DNA of 64,000 nucleotides from Polyangiales bacterium (GTDB taxonomy: Bacteria > Myxococcota_A > Polyangia > Polyangiales > Houyiibacteriaceae), in assembly GCA_045106895.1 (NCBI GenBank), contig JBGCFM010000104.1:20757-84756 (forward strand), given 5' to 3'. The notes beneath the pieces were generated by a model. That model worked only from the letters and a program-made list of their open reading frames with translations. It had not been told where the DNA came from and searched no databases. Of this stretch, positions 1 to 12,502 are shown one piece after another (within the stretch, counting starts at the first letter, position 1; each line of letters opens with the position of its first letter). Both the position numbers and the translations under genes were made by a program.

Positions 1-1046
1 TCATCACCGTCGGTTTTCCACACGTCCACGGCGCCACCGAGGATCAGATAGAGACCTTTGCCCGCTTCACCTTCGCGAATGATGTGTGTGCCTTGGGGAA
101 CATCATGGGCGCTAAAGCGCTTCACGAGATCCAGGCGCGCCTTTCGTTCGAGGGGGCGGAAGAGCGGGGACGTGGAGAGCAGGTTATCGAGGAGCCGGCC
201 ACGTGTGAACCCATCGAGGGCCGCCGCCAAGGTCGCGACTTCTCCGGCGAGAGCGACCAAGCTCTCGCGCTCGAACTCAAGGACGTCGCAGTCGTCGAGG
301 GTGACCACACTCGCGCTACGCGGCTTCGCGGACACCAGCGCCATTTCGCCAAAGATCGCACCATCGGAGAGCTCCGCGAGGCGCTGTTGAGCCCCGTCTT
401 GTTCCCGTTGAACCACGACCTTGCCGCGAACCAAGACGTAGAACGCGGTGCCGGCGTCGCCCTGCTGAATTATGGTCTGGCCACCTTGATGGCGAACGAG
501 GCGTAGGGTCTTGAGCATCCGCGCGAAGGCTTCGGGCGGAAGCTCGCTGAAGATTGGAATCGGGGGGAGCGTTTCGGGGTAGGCGGCGATGCGCGAGAGG
601 TCGCTAGCGATCTTCGCCGCGGCAGGAAGGAGCTCTTCCGCTGGAGGGGGCGTATCCAAACGAATCTCACCAGGAAGCGCCGTGGCTTCGCCCACTAGCG
701 AGAGGCGAACGCCGCGGCCGATCTTCGGTGAGCCCTTTCCATAGAGCGTGGCGATTTGGTCCGTTACCTGGCCGAGCTCCGGCTCAAGCTGCTCGAGTAT
801 CTTCAGCGCCACGAGTGCACGCAGCGGGTATCCACCGTTCGCCGCATGGCGAGCCAGTACGGTGTAGACGAAGGCCGCGGCCTGCACCTCGCCCATCGCA
901 AGGAGCGTGTCGGCCACCCGCAAACGCGCGTCCAGGTCGTTCGGATGCAGCTGCACCAAAACCGAATACGCGTGAAGGGCTGCGAGATGCTCACCTTTGA
1001 ACAGATGAGCGTCGGCGTGATCACGAAGCTGCTGAACCGTTTCCAT
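1..1046 (-). CDS. Cyclic nucleotide-binding domain protein (N-terminal TPR-like region plus at least two cNMP domains); runs off the window edge
   Basis: Own translation from ATG at 1046: METVQQLRDHADAHLFKGEH...; cNMP motifs IIQQGDAGTAFYVLVRGKV...FGEMALVSAKPRSASV and a second IIREGEAGKGLYLILGGAVDV. Absent from the ORF track because there is no stop in the window. Confidence 0.85.
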   Translation of the reverse strand, partial: METVQQLRDHADAHLFKGEHLAALHAYSVLVQLHPNDLDARLRVADTLLAMGEVQAAAFVYTVLARHAANGGYPLRALVALKILEQLEPELGQVTDQIATLYGKGSPKIGRGVRLSLVGEATALPGEIRLDTPPPAEELLPAAAKIASDLSRIAAYPETLPPIPIFSELPPEAFARMLKTLRLVRHQGGQTIIQQGDAGTAFYVLVRGKVVVQREQDGAQQRLAELSDGAIFGEMALVSAKPRSASVVTLDDCDVLEFERESLVALAGEVATLAAALDGFTRGRLLDNLLSTSPLFRPLERKARLDLVKRFSAHDVPQGTHIIREGEAGKGLYLILGGAVDVWKTDGD

Positions 1047-1119
1047 AGGGCGCGACTCTATCGCGATCCCAGCGGGATTTGCCAGCCGTGATGCCAGACC
1101 CGCGGGCCCGGCGATTCCG

Positions 1120-2898
1120 CTACTTGGGGTCGCGGAGGGTAACGCGGGCCACCCACATAGAGAGGGCGGCGCTCACGACGAGCCAGGGTCCAACGAGGAC
1201 ACCAGATGCGAGGGAAGGACAAGCAGCTTCCACGAGGAGCCAGCCCGCGAGACCGGCGCCCACCGCAGCGACGCCGAGACGACCGAGCTTCTTGTGGTGA
1301 CCAAGGGCGGCGAGACCGAGGGGCAGCGCGACGCTCAAAGCGATGGGCCAGAAAGCGCCGAGAGAGGTCGCGAGGAATCCGAAGGCGCTAAACCCGAGTA
1401 CGCCGCTGCCGGCGAGGAGACCAGCGCCGAGGGCGAGGCCTAGCCGGCGACGACGTGTAAAGCCAAACGCGGCGAAGGCGAGAAGCGCGGCGAGGAGACC
1501 CTTGGCGCCTTCCTTCTGGGAAGCAGCTACGAGGGCGTCATTTGCCTGGATCAAGCCGGCGCCGTAGCGCGTGCGGTTGGACTTTGCCTTCGCTGTGCTC
1601 TCAAGGATGCGCTCGATGGCGTCGGGGTCCGTGACGCCGCTCGCGTAGAGGAGCGCCGCAACACCCGCGACATGAGGCGCCGCCATGGAGGTGCCTTGGT
1701 AGCCGAGGTAGTCGTGCTGGCCCGGACGCCGTGGGAGCATCGTGTTCTGCACGACGCCATCCGGAAGGCCATCGCCGTTCTGGTCGACGCGGAGGTCACC
1801 GCCAGGAGCGACGATGTCGAGCTTGCGGCCGTGGGATGAGTAGAAGCTCAGCTCTTCGTCAAAGCGGACGGCGCCAACGGAGAAGGCGTGCGCCGCAGAG
1901 CCGGGGAACTGCACGCGGCTGCGCCCGGTGTTGCCAGCAGCGACAACGACCAAGACGTCCTTGCTGTGTGCGTAGCGAATCGCGCTGCTGATGGCGGGGG
2001 AAGGCGTGGGACCACCGAGGGAGAGGTTGAGGATATTGGCGCCGTTGTCGACGGCCCAGCGGATGCCCGCAGCGACGTTGCCGTACTTGCCCGCTCCGCG
2101 GTCATCGAGGACGCGAATCGGCATGATTCGGGCTGCGGGAGCCACGCCTGCAACGCCGAGGCCGTTGTTCGTGGACTGGGCGATGGTCCCCGCCACATGC
2201 GTGCCATGGCCGTGTCCATCGTCCGGCGTGTCGTCGCCGTCGACGAAGTCGTAACCCGGAACGAAGTTGGTTCCGGCGAGGTCCGGCGCTTGGCGGTGAC
2301 GGCCGTGGTCGCGGAAGAGCACGCCGGTGTCGATGACGGCGACGATGGCGCCTTCGCCTTGGGAGCGACGCCAGGCCTGAGGCATCTGGATCTGGTCGAG
2401 GTGCCACTGGTGTTTGTAGTAGGGGTCGTTCGGAATGAAGGGCTCGGCTCCGTCCATCGGCTCTGCGTCGGACAGGGCGACGGCGTACTCGCTTTCCGGC
2501 ATGGTGAACGTCGCTTCGATCTCGAAGGCCTCGAGGTCCTCGTCGAGGAGGGCAGCTTCGACATCTCGAAGCTCGCTCGTAGGAATCGTCAGCCGAAAGA
2601 GGTTCGCGTTGTCGTTCAGCTCGTCGCCAAGGGCATCCGACGATGAATCGAATGGCAACACCGCTTCGCGCACTTCTTCTTCGATGCGCTCCAGCGTGGA
2701 GTCGGAGACGTCGTCGTCCACGTCGACGAGCAAGGTGACGCTCCGACCGTCGATGCCGCCGGAAAGCGATTCGACCTCCGCCGTGTCGTCGGCTTCTCGG
2801 TCCATGCGCACGACCGTCGATTGAACGAGCAGGCCCAGGCCACCGAGGAGAAGTACGAGGATCGAGAGCCGTTTGGTTCGTCGCATAAACATCAACAT
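1120..2898 (-). CDS. S8 (subtilisin-family) serine peptidase with hydrophobic C-terminal membrane region
   Basis: Catalytic triad motifs VAVIDTG, HGHGTHVAG, GTSMAAPHVAG; N-terminal hydrophobic segment; multi-TM C-terminus. Confidence 0.92.
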   Translation of the reverse strand: MLMFMRRTKRLSILVLLLGGLGLLVQSTVVRMDREADDTAEVESLSGGIDGRSVTLLVDVDDDVSDSTLERIEEEVREAVLPFDSSSDALGDELNDNANLFRLTIPTSELRDVEAALLDEDLEAFEIEATFTMPESEYAVALSDAEPMDGAEPFIPNDPYYKHQWHLDQIQMPQAWRRSQGEGAIVAVIDTGVLFRDHGRHRQAPDLAGTNFVPGYDFVDGDDTPDDGHGHGTHVAGTIAQSTNNGLGVAGVAPAARIMPIRVLDDRGAGKYGNVAAGIRWAVDNGANILNLSLGGPTPSPAISSAIRYAHSKDVLVVVAAGNTGRSRVQFPGSAAHAFSVGAVRFDEELSFYSSHGRKLDIVAPGGDLRVDQNGDGLPDGVVQNTMLPRRPGQHDYLGYQGTSMAAPHVAGVAALLYASGVTDPDAIERILESTAKAKSNRTRYGAGLIQANDALVAASQKEGAKGLLAALLAFAAFGFTRRRRLGLALGAGLLAGSGVLGFSAFGFLATSLGAFWPIALSVALPLGLAALGHHKKLGRLGVAAVGAGLAGWLLVEAACPSLASGVLVGPWLVVSAALSMWVARVTLRDPK

Positions 2899-3054
2899 AG
2901 GTACGCTTGGCGGCTCTCGCTACATTCCCGTCCAAAACAGGCCTAAACCAAGGGGTTTTCGGACGAAGCGTCGCCCAACTTGAAGAAGATCGCCGGCGAA
3001 ACGTCTCTGTCGGGAACTCGCCCCCGGCATGGCGTGGGGATACCTTCACTCCTC

Positions 3055-4002
3055 GTGAAATCACTCGCACTCACCTTCGCTTTCGTCCTCTGCGCGCACT
3101 CCGCCGCCGCGCAGGAGTGTGGGGATGCGGTCTTGAGCGAGGTCGCCGCCTCCTTGCTCCTCGACCACGGAAACGCCGCCGGAGCACCCAGCCCGGCGCT
3201 CCTTGCGGCGGCGTTGCGCGAAGCGGGGTCTTCATTGCCATCGGCCAAGGTCATCGTTCTCCCGGCGGATGACGATGAGCGTGGACGCGCACGCTGGCTC
3301 AACGCGCGCTACAACGAAGCCGATGGGCCCGGGGTCTGCGGCGAAGCAGTGGGCCAACGGCGCGTGCTTGTGTTCGGTGTCCGCGCCGGAAGTTTGCGGC
3401 GCGTGGGCGACGACCTCATCGCCCAGTGGGACAGCGCCTTCGAAGACGCATACCTCGTCGCCGTCAACGAGAGTGGCGGCGCCCAAGCGCTGGCGATCCC
3501 CGAAGACCGGCGCATCGAGATCCCGGAAGGCCTCGTTCGCGCGCAGCTCATGGCGACGGGGCCCAGCGGACCAAGGCCCGTGGCGGATTGGGGCGCGTCC
3601 CGGCTTCCGGAACTTCCCCAAGCGCGCACCAGCGAAGGTCGCCTCGCACGCCTTCGCGAGGCCTCGGGAGTTGGCGGGCTCCGGCCGAACCGCCTACTCG
3701 CCCAAGCCGCGCAGCGTCACGCCCAAGCGGTCTGTCGGGAACACCGCGCACGCCATGTCTTCGACTCGTGGCCCGCCGACCGCATGAGGCGCCTTGGACT
3801 GCGCGCCCGTCACCTCGGCGAAACCGTGGCACGCGCGTCGTCCGTCGATGGCGCCCTCGAAGCTCTCGCCCAAAGTCCAAGCCACCGCATGGCGCTTGTG
3901 GATCGTCGCTTCACGGACGTCGGTGTGGGCGTCGTTCGAAGCCGCGGCGAGAGCTGCGTCGTCGTGTTCCTCGCAGCCTGGCCTCAAGCCATCGCCTTCT
4001 GA
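3055..4002 (+). CDS. Secreted CAP (SCP-like) domain protein
   Basis: Signal peptide from GTG 3055 (ORF track extends to 2980); C-terminal AAQRHA...GETVA...SPSHRMALVDRRFTDVGVGV CAP signature. Confidence 0.75.
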   Translation: MKSLALTFAFVLCAHSAAAQECGDAVLSEVAASLLLDHGNAAGAPSPALLAAALREAGSSLPSAKVIVLPADDDERGRARWLNARYNEADGPGVCGEAVGQRRVLVFGVRAGSLRRVGDDLIAQWDSAFEDAYLVAVNESGGAQALAIPEDRRIEIPEGLVRAQLMATGPSGPRPVADWGASRLPELPQARTSEGRLARLREASGVGGLRPNRLLAQAAQRHAQAVCREHRARHVFDSWPADRMRRLGLRARHLGETVARASSVDGALEALAQSPSHRMALVDRRFTDVGVGVVRSRGESCVVVFLAAWPQAIAF

Positions 4003-4110
4003 ACTCACCTTCGACTCCAGCCTGAGACAGATCTCGTTGACCCCGCTTTGCAAAAGGCCCTGTTGAGCGAGCCCTCGCTCCACCCACATCCTCCTAAAAC
4101 GTCCGCCGAG

Positions 4111-5127
4111 CTACGCTCCAAACCACTCCAGGGCGAGCTCGTCGAAGGAGCGACGCGCTGAGCGAGGCGGGAGCCGTTCGAGCCACGCGTGGAGGTTTGC
4201 GTATTTGTGAAGCAGCGCCCATGCCATGCAGCGACGCGCCAGGGCCAGGCCGCGCTCATTCGCGGGCACGCCTAGCCCATCGAGAAACGCACTCCACATG
4301 GCGGCGTCACCTTCAGCGAAGAAGAGCCCAGCGGACGCGAGCTCAAGCTCTGGTGGACCGACGCGGGACGGATCAAAGTCGACGAGACCGGAGAGCGCGA
4401 AGCGTCCGGCGACGAGGTCGACGAAGACATGCTCCCGCATAACCTCCGTGTGGAGCAGGCTGTGCGGAGGAGCCGTCATGAGGCTCGGCAGCGTCTCGTC
4501 GAGGAAAGGAGCGATGCGATTCAACCACACGGGCGCGAGTCCGCGCTTGCTGTGATGTTCAACGCACCCTGCTCTTCGGCGCGCGAGCAACGTAAACCAG
4601 TCTTCGTGAAGAAAACGTGGGGTGTCGACGGCGCGTAGCTGAAGGATGGCCTCGCCTAGGCGGGTCGAGAGCCGCGTGCGATCGGCGGCGCTCAGCTCGT
4701 CAAAGCAGCTGCGCATCGGCCGGCCTCGCAAACGTGTCATGACGAGGTAATGCCAAGCGTCCAGGGCGCCGGCCGCCTTCACTTCGGGCGTCCCGATGGA
4801 GAGCGCGCCCTCCACGGCTTCGAGAACAGCGCGCTCGTTGTGGTGTTCTTCGGCGCAGCTCGGCGGATAGAGTTTGACGACGTATTCGCCCAAGGCGAAC
4901 ACCGGGAGCGAGCCATCCGCGAAGCGTTTCGGCGTTGCGGCGGCATGAATGCCCGCGCGCTCGGCCACGAGGTGGAGAGCCGGGCCGTAGTCGGTCTCTG
5001 CGTCGATCTTGGCGAAGGCTTCATCACTGAGCGGATTGGGAAGCAGGTCCTTCAATGGGTCCACAGGCGGTTCGGGGGATCGCACAGGTCGGCGCGCTCG
5101 GGCGAGTGGAGACGCATTCGCCACCAA
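4111..5127 (-). CDS. Aminoglycoside phosphotransferase / choline-kinase-like protein
   Basis: APH-fold motifs YVVKLY, YLVMTRLRG, LLHTEVMREH, GLVDFD; the true start may be GTG 5064. Confidence 0.75.
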   Translation of the reverse strand: MVANASPLARARRPVRSPEPPVDPLKDLLPNPLSDEAFAKIDAETDYGPALHLVAERAGIHAAATPKRFADGSLPVFALGEYVVKLYPPSCAEEHHNERAVLEAVEGALSIGTPEVKAAGALDAWHYLVMTRLRGRPMRSCFDELSAADRTRLSTRLGEAILQLRAVDTPRFLHEDWFTLLARRRAGCVEHHSKRGLAPVWLNRIAPFLDETLPSLMTAPPHSLLHTEVMREHVFVDLVAGRFALSGLVDFDPSRVGPPELELASAGLFFAEGDAAMWSAFLDGLGVPANERGLALARRCMAWALLHKYANLHAWLERLPPRSARRSFDELALEWFGA

Positions 5128-5140
5128 GGGACTTCTTTCC

Positions 5141-6433
5141 TCAGTCGGCGACGCAAGCGTTCACGACGGTCAATGCGCTACCCGCAGAGCTCGCGACCCA
5201 CGGAACCTCGTCGACGAGGACGACAGCCGCGAGCTCACCCGCTCCAACGCGCACGGGGTCGTGGAGGGACATGAGGTCGGGGGTGATGCGTTCAAAGATG
5301 AGCGGAGACGCGGAGCTGGAACAGAGCACAGCTTCGCTGCGCACGGTCATCGCGTGCCCTGCGCTGGCCCACTCCAGCGCGACGATGCGGCCCTCAACCC
5401 GAACGTCACTCGAAGACGCGCCCGTGTCGTCGAGGAAATGGACCGCCGGCGTTGCGCCGTCCACGGCGAGGAAGAAGCCTTCGTCACGAGCCACCAGGTG
5501 GAGCTCGCTCACGAAGCTCGCCGTGGTGATCTCCTGAGCGATGCCCACAGCCGCTCCCGATGCGTCCAGGAGCTGCGCGAATACGGCGGCGTCCGTCGCG
5601 TAGCTGAGCAACCAGCCCGCCGGTGCAGCGGTGATCGCGATAGCGCGAAGCTCAGAGGCTGCGCCGTACTGCGAGACGCCGGGGTCCGCGACGCCATCGA
5701 CGACGCGATGAACGAATACGCTCTGACCTTCGCTTGGCTCGTCCGAGCTTGCGCTCACGAACGCGCTAACGCTCATGGTCCCAGCGCGGGCGACGGCGAG
5801 CTCGCCGATGGGATGACTGTGGACGTAGCTCTGTTCCACGGGCTCGTCCGCGCCCATCATGATTGCGGAATCGAGGAGCTGGAGTTCACTCTCGGCACCG
5901 TCCGAGACGTAGGCGATGGAGACCCGAGGGGGATCGGCAGCGGCGGCGGCGCGGACAACTTGTGTCGCAAACAAAAACGTGGACGCCGTGGAGCCGTCCT
6001 CTGTGTCGACGACGAGTGCCTCAAGGACATCGCGTGTCACGTCGGCGCGCTGACGTACCAGTGTCATGCGCCCATCGAGGGCAGGATGATCCACAAGGGC
6101 GAGGGGACGCCCGCTCCCCAAAGCGAGCTCTTCCCCCGCGAGGCAGTCGCAGGACGGTCCGCCGGTGACTCCGCAGCCCGTAGGTCCCGCGTCGGGACAA
6201 CTTGCGTCAAAGCCAGCGTCGCCAGGCGAGGCGTCTTGCGATGGCCCAGAGTCCGGGAGCTGGACGCCGCCATCTGACGACGGGCCAGAATCGGAAGCGC
6301 TCGCGTCGAAGCCGCCGCCGGCGTCGGACGCTGCCCCGCCATCGATGCTCGGCGCGGCATCCTGCAACGGGTTGCCGGTGCCCGTGGGCAAGCAGGCACA
6401 GAACAGAAGCGGAAGAAAAAGCAGTGGTCTCAT
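5141..6433 (-). CDS. Putative lipoprotein, unknown function
   Basis: MRPLLFLPLLFCAC lipobox, DAG-rich linker; ATGA overlap with the upstream TIGR02147 gene. Confidence 0.7.
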   Translation of the reverse strand: MRPLLFLPLLFCACLPTGTGNPLQDAAPSIDGGAASDAGGGFDASASDSGPSSDGGVQLPDSGPSQDASPGDAGFDASCPDAGPTGCGVTGGPSCDCLAGEELALGSGRPLALVDHPALDGRMTLVRQRADVTRDVLEALVVDTEDGSTASTFLFATQVVRAAAAADPPRVSIAYVSDGAESELQLLDSAIMMGADEPVEQSYVHSHPIGELAVARAGTMSVSAFVSASSDEPSEGQSVFVHRVVDGVADPGVSQYGAASELRAIAITAAPAGWLLSYATDAAVFAQLLDASGAAVGIAQEITTASFVSELHLVARDEGFFLAVDGATPAVHFLDDTGASSSDVRVEGRIVALEWASAGHAMTVRSEAVLCSSSASPLIFERITPDLMSLHDPVRVGAGELAAVVLVDEVPWVASSAGSALTVVNACVAD

Positions 6434-7278
6434 GAGGGGTCTTTGATGGCAGAGGAGAGCGGAAAGACTTGGAAGTTCACCTGAACGACCTGGCGAGGAG
6501 TTCCTTCGGTGATGAGGTCGTCGACGAGAAGCTCACGTTGAAAGGCTTGAATGCGGCTGATGAGTCGGTCGAGGCCGCCCTTGTCCACGCAGTACGTAAT
6601 GGACGAGATGTTTCGTTGCTCCGAAGGGAGTTCATCAATGGATGCCGCGGCCCGCTTGATCATCTCGTGATGAAAAGCGCCAATGTGAACGCTCGCGGTT
6701 TCGGGACCCGTATCGACGATGGCGTCGGTCTGAACGAGGCGACCGTCTTCATCTCGGCTCAGGAGGTTGAGCTTCTCCAGCGTGCGGAGCGCCGCCTTCG
6801 CTTGGGACACCTTGATGCGCGGGCGAACGGTCTTTGCAATCCACGCTGGGTCATCGTTGAAGTACGGGCTGGATGCCAACTCTCGGATGACCGGGAGGTA
6901 CCAGTGCGCGTGATACTCATCCCGCGCCGCGCCGAGGTTCTGCACGCGCTGGTATCGTTCGAAGCCGCGAATCTTCTCGAACGCTGCGCGCCGAACATCG
7001 GCCTTCTTGGCTTGGTTGAAACGTACGAGATCGCTGAAGTACTGCAGAGCGTCGTTTTCGAGACCACAAGCGCCGCCGACACGCGGCGCCGTGTCATCGG
7101 AGAGGTTGCGAGTCCCATCCATGACGCGCTTCAGAAAGCTCGGCGACTTGATCCCCGCGCGTCGAGACAGACCGCGATGGCTTAGGTTTCTGTAGGTTTT
7201 GCCCCAGGAATAGTGGTCTCGAAGAAACGCGCGATAGTCCAAGTACGCGAATACATCGGGTCGGTCGGGACGTGCCAC
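6430..7278 (-). CDS. TIGR02147 family (DUF4423) HTH-containing protein
   Basis: VFAYLDYRAFLRDHY...SHRGLSRRAGIKSPSFLKRVMDGTRNLS; WYLPVIRELA; C-terminal VVQVNFQVFPLS. Confidence 0.88.
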   Translation of the reverse strand: MARPDRPDVFAYLDYRAFLRDHYSWGKTYRNLSHRGLSRRAGIKSPSFLKRVMDGTRNLSDDTAPRVGGACGLENDALQYFSDLVRFNQAKKADVRRAAFEKIRGFERYQRVQNLGAARDEYHAHWYLPVIRELASSPYFNDDPAWIAKTVRPRIKVSQAKAALRTLEKLNLLSRDEDGRLVQTDAIVDTGPETASVHIGAFHHEMIKRAAASIDELPSEQRNISSITYCVDKGGLDRLISRIQAFQRELLVDDLITEGTPRQVVQVNFQVFPLSSAIKDPS

Positions 7279-7617
7279 GTCTCAGGGTGCCGTGCGAGAA
7301 TCGGCCACGCAAACGCGAAGCGCGCTTTTTCAACCCTGTTAGGTGAACACTTTCAATCGATTTATCCTTGTAAAAGCAGAACACGAAACGCCCTCCGGGC
7401 ACACCATAGGCATCGCCTGACGAAGGCCACCGAGGCCACACCCCGAGAAAAGTCCGCTCCTGCGCAAAAATCGCACACCGTGGGGCTGTTCCCGAACCAG
7501 GAATGCCCTACTATTGAAAGGAGCCTCTGATTCAGGGTGACTCGTGAAATAACAAACCCCCGTGAGAAAAACTCACGAGGGTTTGGAAGAAAAGCGGCGG
7601 GTCTGCCGTTTGGAAGA

Positions 7618-7662
7618 TAGGTCTCTAGGAAGAGATAAGTTAGGGCTCTAAGAAGAGATAAG
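7618..7662 (+). repeat. Two-copy 22-nt direct repeat (23-nt period)
   Basis: TAGGTCTCTAGGAAGAGATAAG (7618-7639) and TAGGGCTCTAAGAAGAGATAAG (7641-7662), 20/22 identical. Confidence 0.85.
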
Positions 7663-7783
7663 CTCAGACAAGCGAAAGATAAGAAGCCAAGCAAGCGAAA
7701 TAACTAGGCCAAGCCAAGCGGCTGCAATGAGTGTTCACGCCGGCAAGCACGAACTCAGAGCGATAAGTACCCAACACTAAAGC

Positions 7784-7820
7784 AAAGGGAGTGCCAAATC
7801 TTGGCGCTCCCTTTCTTTTG
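7784..7820 (+). terminator. Rho-independent terminator
   Basis: AAAGGGAGTGCCAA-ATC-TTGGCGCTCCCTTT stem-loop followed by CTTTTG. Confidence 0.8.
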
Positions 7821-7991
7821 TTGAAATCACTGCGAAATTCTCGATTTACCCAAGACGATCGCTTGAATAAGAGGCGATCGCTGGCAACCCCAGAAGCCAC
7901 CTCGGTCTGCCAGCATGACACGGATGTCGCGGAGGAGGCGCGGCTGCACACCAACGGGTTATCTTGGCCTAACTTCGACTATGCTCTGCGC

Positions 7992-8372
7992 ATGCGTGCT
8001 GCCCTGCCGGTATTTTGTGCCCTCGTCCTTCTCGCCTGCGGAACTCTTCACGACGACCTTGGGCGCGCTGAAACTGGCTACGACGCGGCTCGTTATGACG
8101 AGTCCATGGTCTGGCTCAATGCCGTCGAAGAAGACGTCCATGAGCTGGATGGGCCCGACCGCGCGCGGTTCTACTATCTTCGCGGGATGGCGGCGCTCCG
8201 GCTCGAGCGGAGAAACGAAGCCCTGCACTACCTTTCCCTTGCACGCGAAGAAGCCGTCGCGAGCGATGGTGCCGGGCTTCGTGATGAATGGGCGGAGACC
8301 CTAGGCCCCACTCTCGAGGAGCTCATGCCTCGTGGCGCCACGCATAGAGCTTCCGCCGCCGCGGAGGACTAG
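7992..8372 (+). CDS. Small TPR-like lipoprotein
   Basis: MRAALPVFCALVLLAC lipobox; FYYLRGMAALRLERRNEALHYL TPR-like helix pair. Confidence 0.7.
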   Translation: MRAALPVFCALVLLACGTLHDDLGRAETGYDAARYDESMVWLNAVEEDVHELDGPDRARFYYLRGMAALRLERRNEALHYLSLAREEAVASDGAGLRDEWAETLGPTLEELMPRGATHRASAAAED

Positions 8373-8373
8373 G

Positions 8374-8718
8374 TTAGGCGGCACGGGCATCGGCTTCGCT
8401 GCGAACGAGCCGGACCACATCACGTGTGGGCCCAGCACCGACGCCCTCATGCATGAGGATCGCGACCAGGTGGCCGACGATCATCGGGCGGTGAAGCTCC
8501 CAGCCCGGTTGTGGCGTCCAGAGCGCGAGGAGGCCTTCCAAGGGAGTCCGCGCGCAGAGGTCTTGGATACGAATGCCCGCCACCAAGTTCCAAAGCGCCG
8601 CGTCTTCACGCATTCTCTGGATGAGACGGTAGGCGATCAAGGCGACCTGCGCTTCGCCGCCGAGGCGGATGGTGAGGGACGCGCTGCGCGGGGTATAGGC
8701 CTTGGGCTTCATTCCCAT
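8374..8718 (-). CDS. Hypothetical protein
   Basis: 114-aa ORF filling the gap directly downstream of metH on the same strand. Confidence 0.5.
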   Translation of the reverse strand: MGMKPKAYTPRSASLTIRLGGEAQVALIAYRLIQRMREDAALWNLVAGIRIQDLCARTPLEGLLALWTPQPGWELHRPMIVGHLVAILMHEGVGAGPTRDVVRLVRSEADARAA

Positions 8719-8744
8719 ACAAAACGGCGGAGCCCCCGCGCTTC

Positions 8745-12401
<3,657 letters not shown>

Positions 12402-12502
12402 GTTGGGCCTCTTCTGGAGAGACCGGCCATAGCCCACAAGGCTTTTTTCGCAATTCGCCGTCCGCCTTGCATGAACGGGCCCGCGGCGACATCTAGGTCC
12501 CC

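Larger units (their letters stand above)
7540..7820 (+). ncRNA. Candidate small non-coding RNA (unassigned family)
   Basis: Low-GC purine-rich tract in a ~700-bp intergenic gap; two 5' hairpins, a 22-nt direct repeat, repeated GATAAG/CAAGC motifs; ends in a strong intrinsic terminator. Confidence 0.45.

Noticed and set aside
7362..7694. 110-aa and 96-aa (7664-7954) minus-strand ORFs across the purine-rich tract
   Set aside because: Leu/Ser/Phe-rich composition simply mirrors the A/G tract; weak TTG/GTG starts; codon usage unlike the genome.
7581..7720. Possible CRISPR or mini-array
   Set aside because: Only two adjacent repeat copies with a 1-nt gap, no unique spacers, and no cas genes in the window.
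12402..12502. SAM or cobalamin riboswitch upstream of metH
   Set aside because: Only ~100 bp, shared with a divergent gene; no riboswitch consensus recognised.
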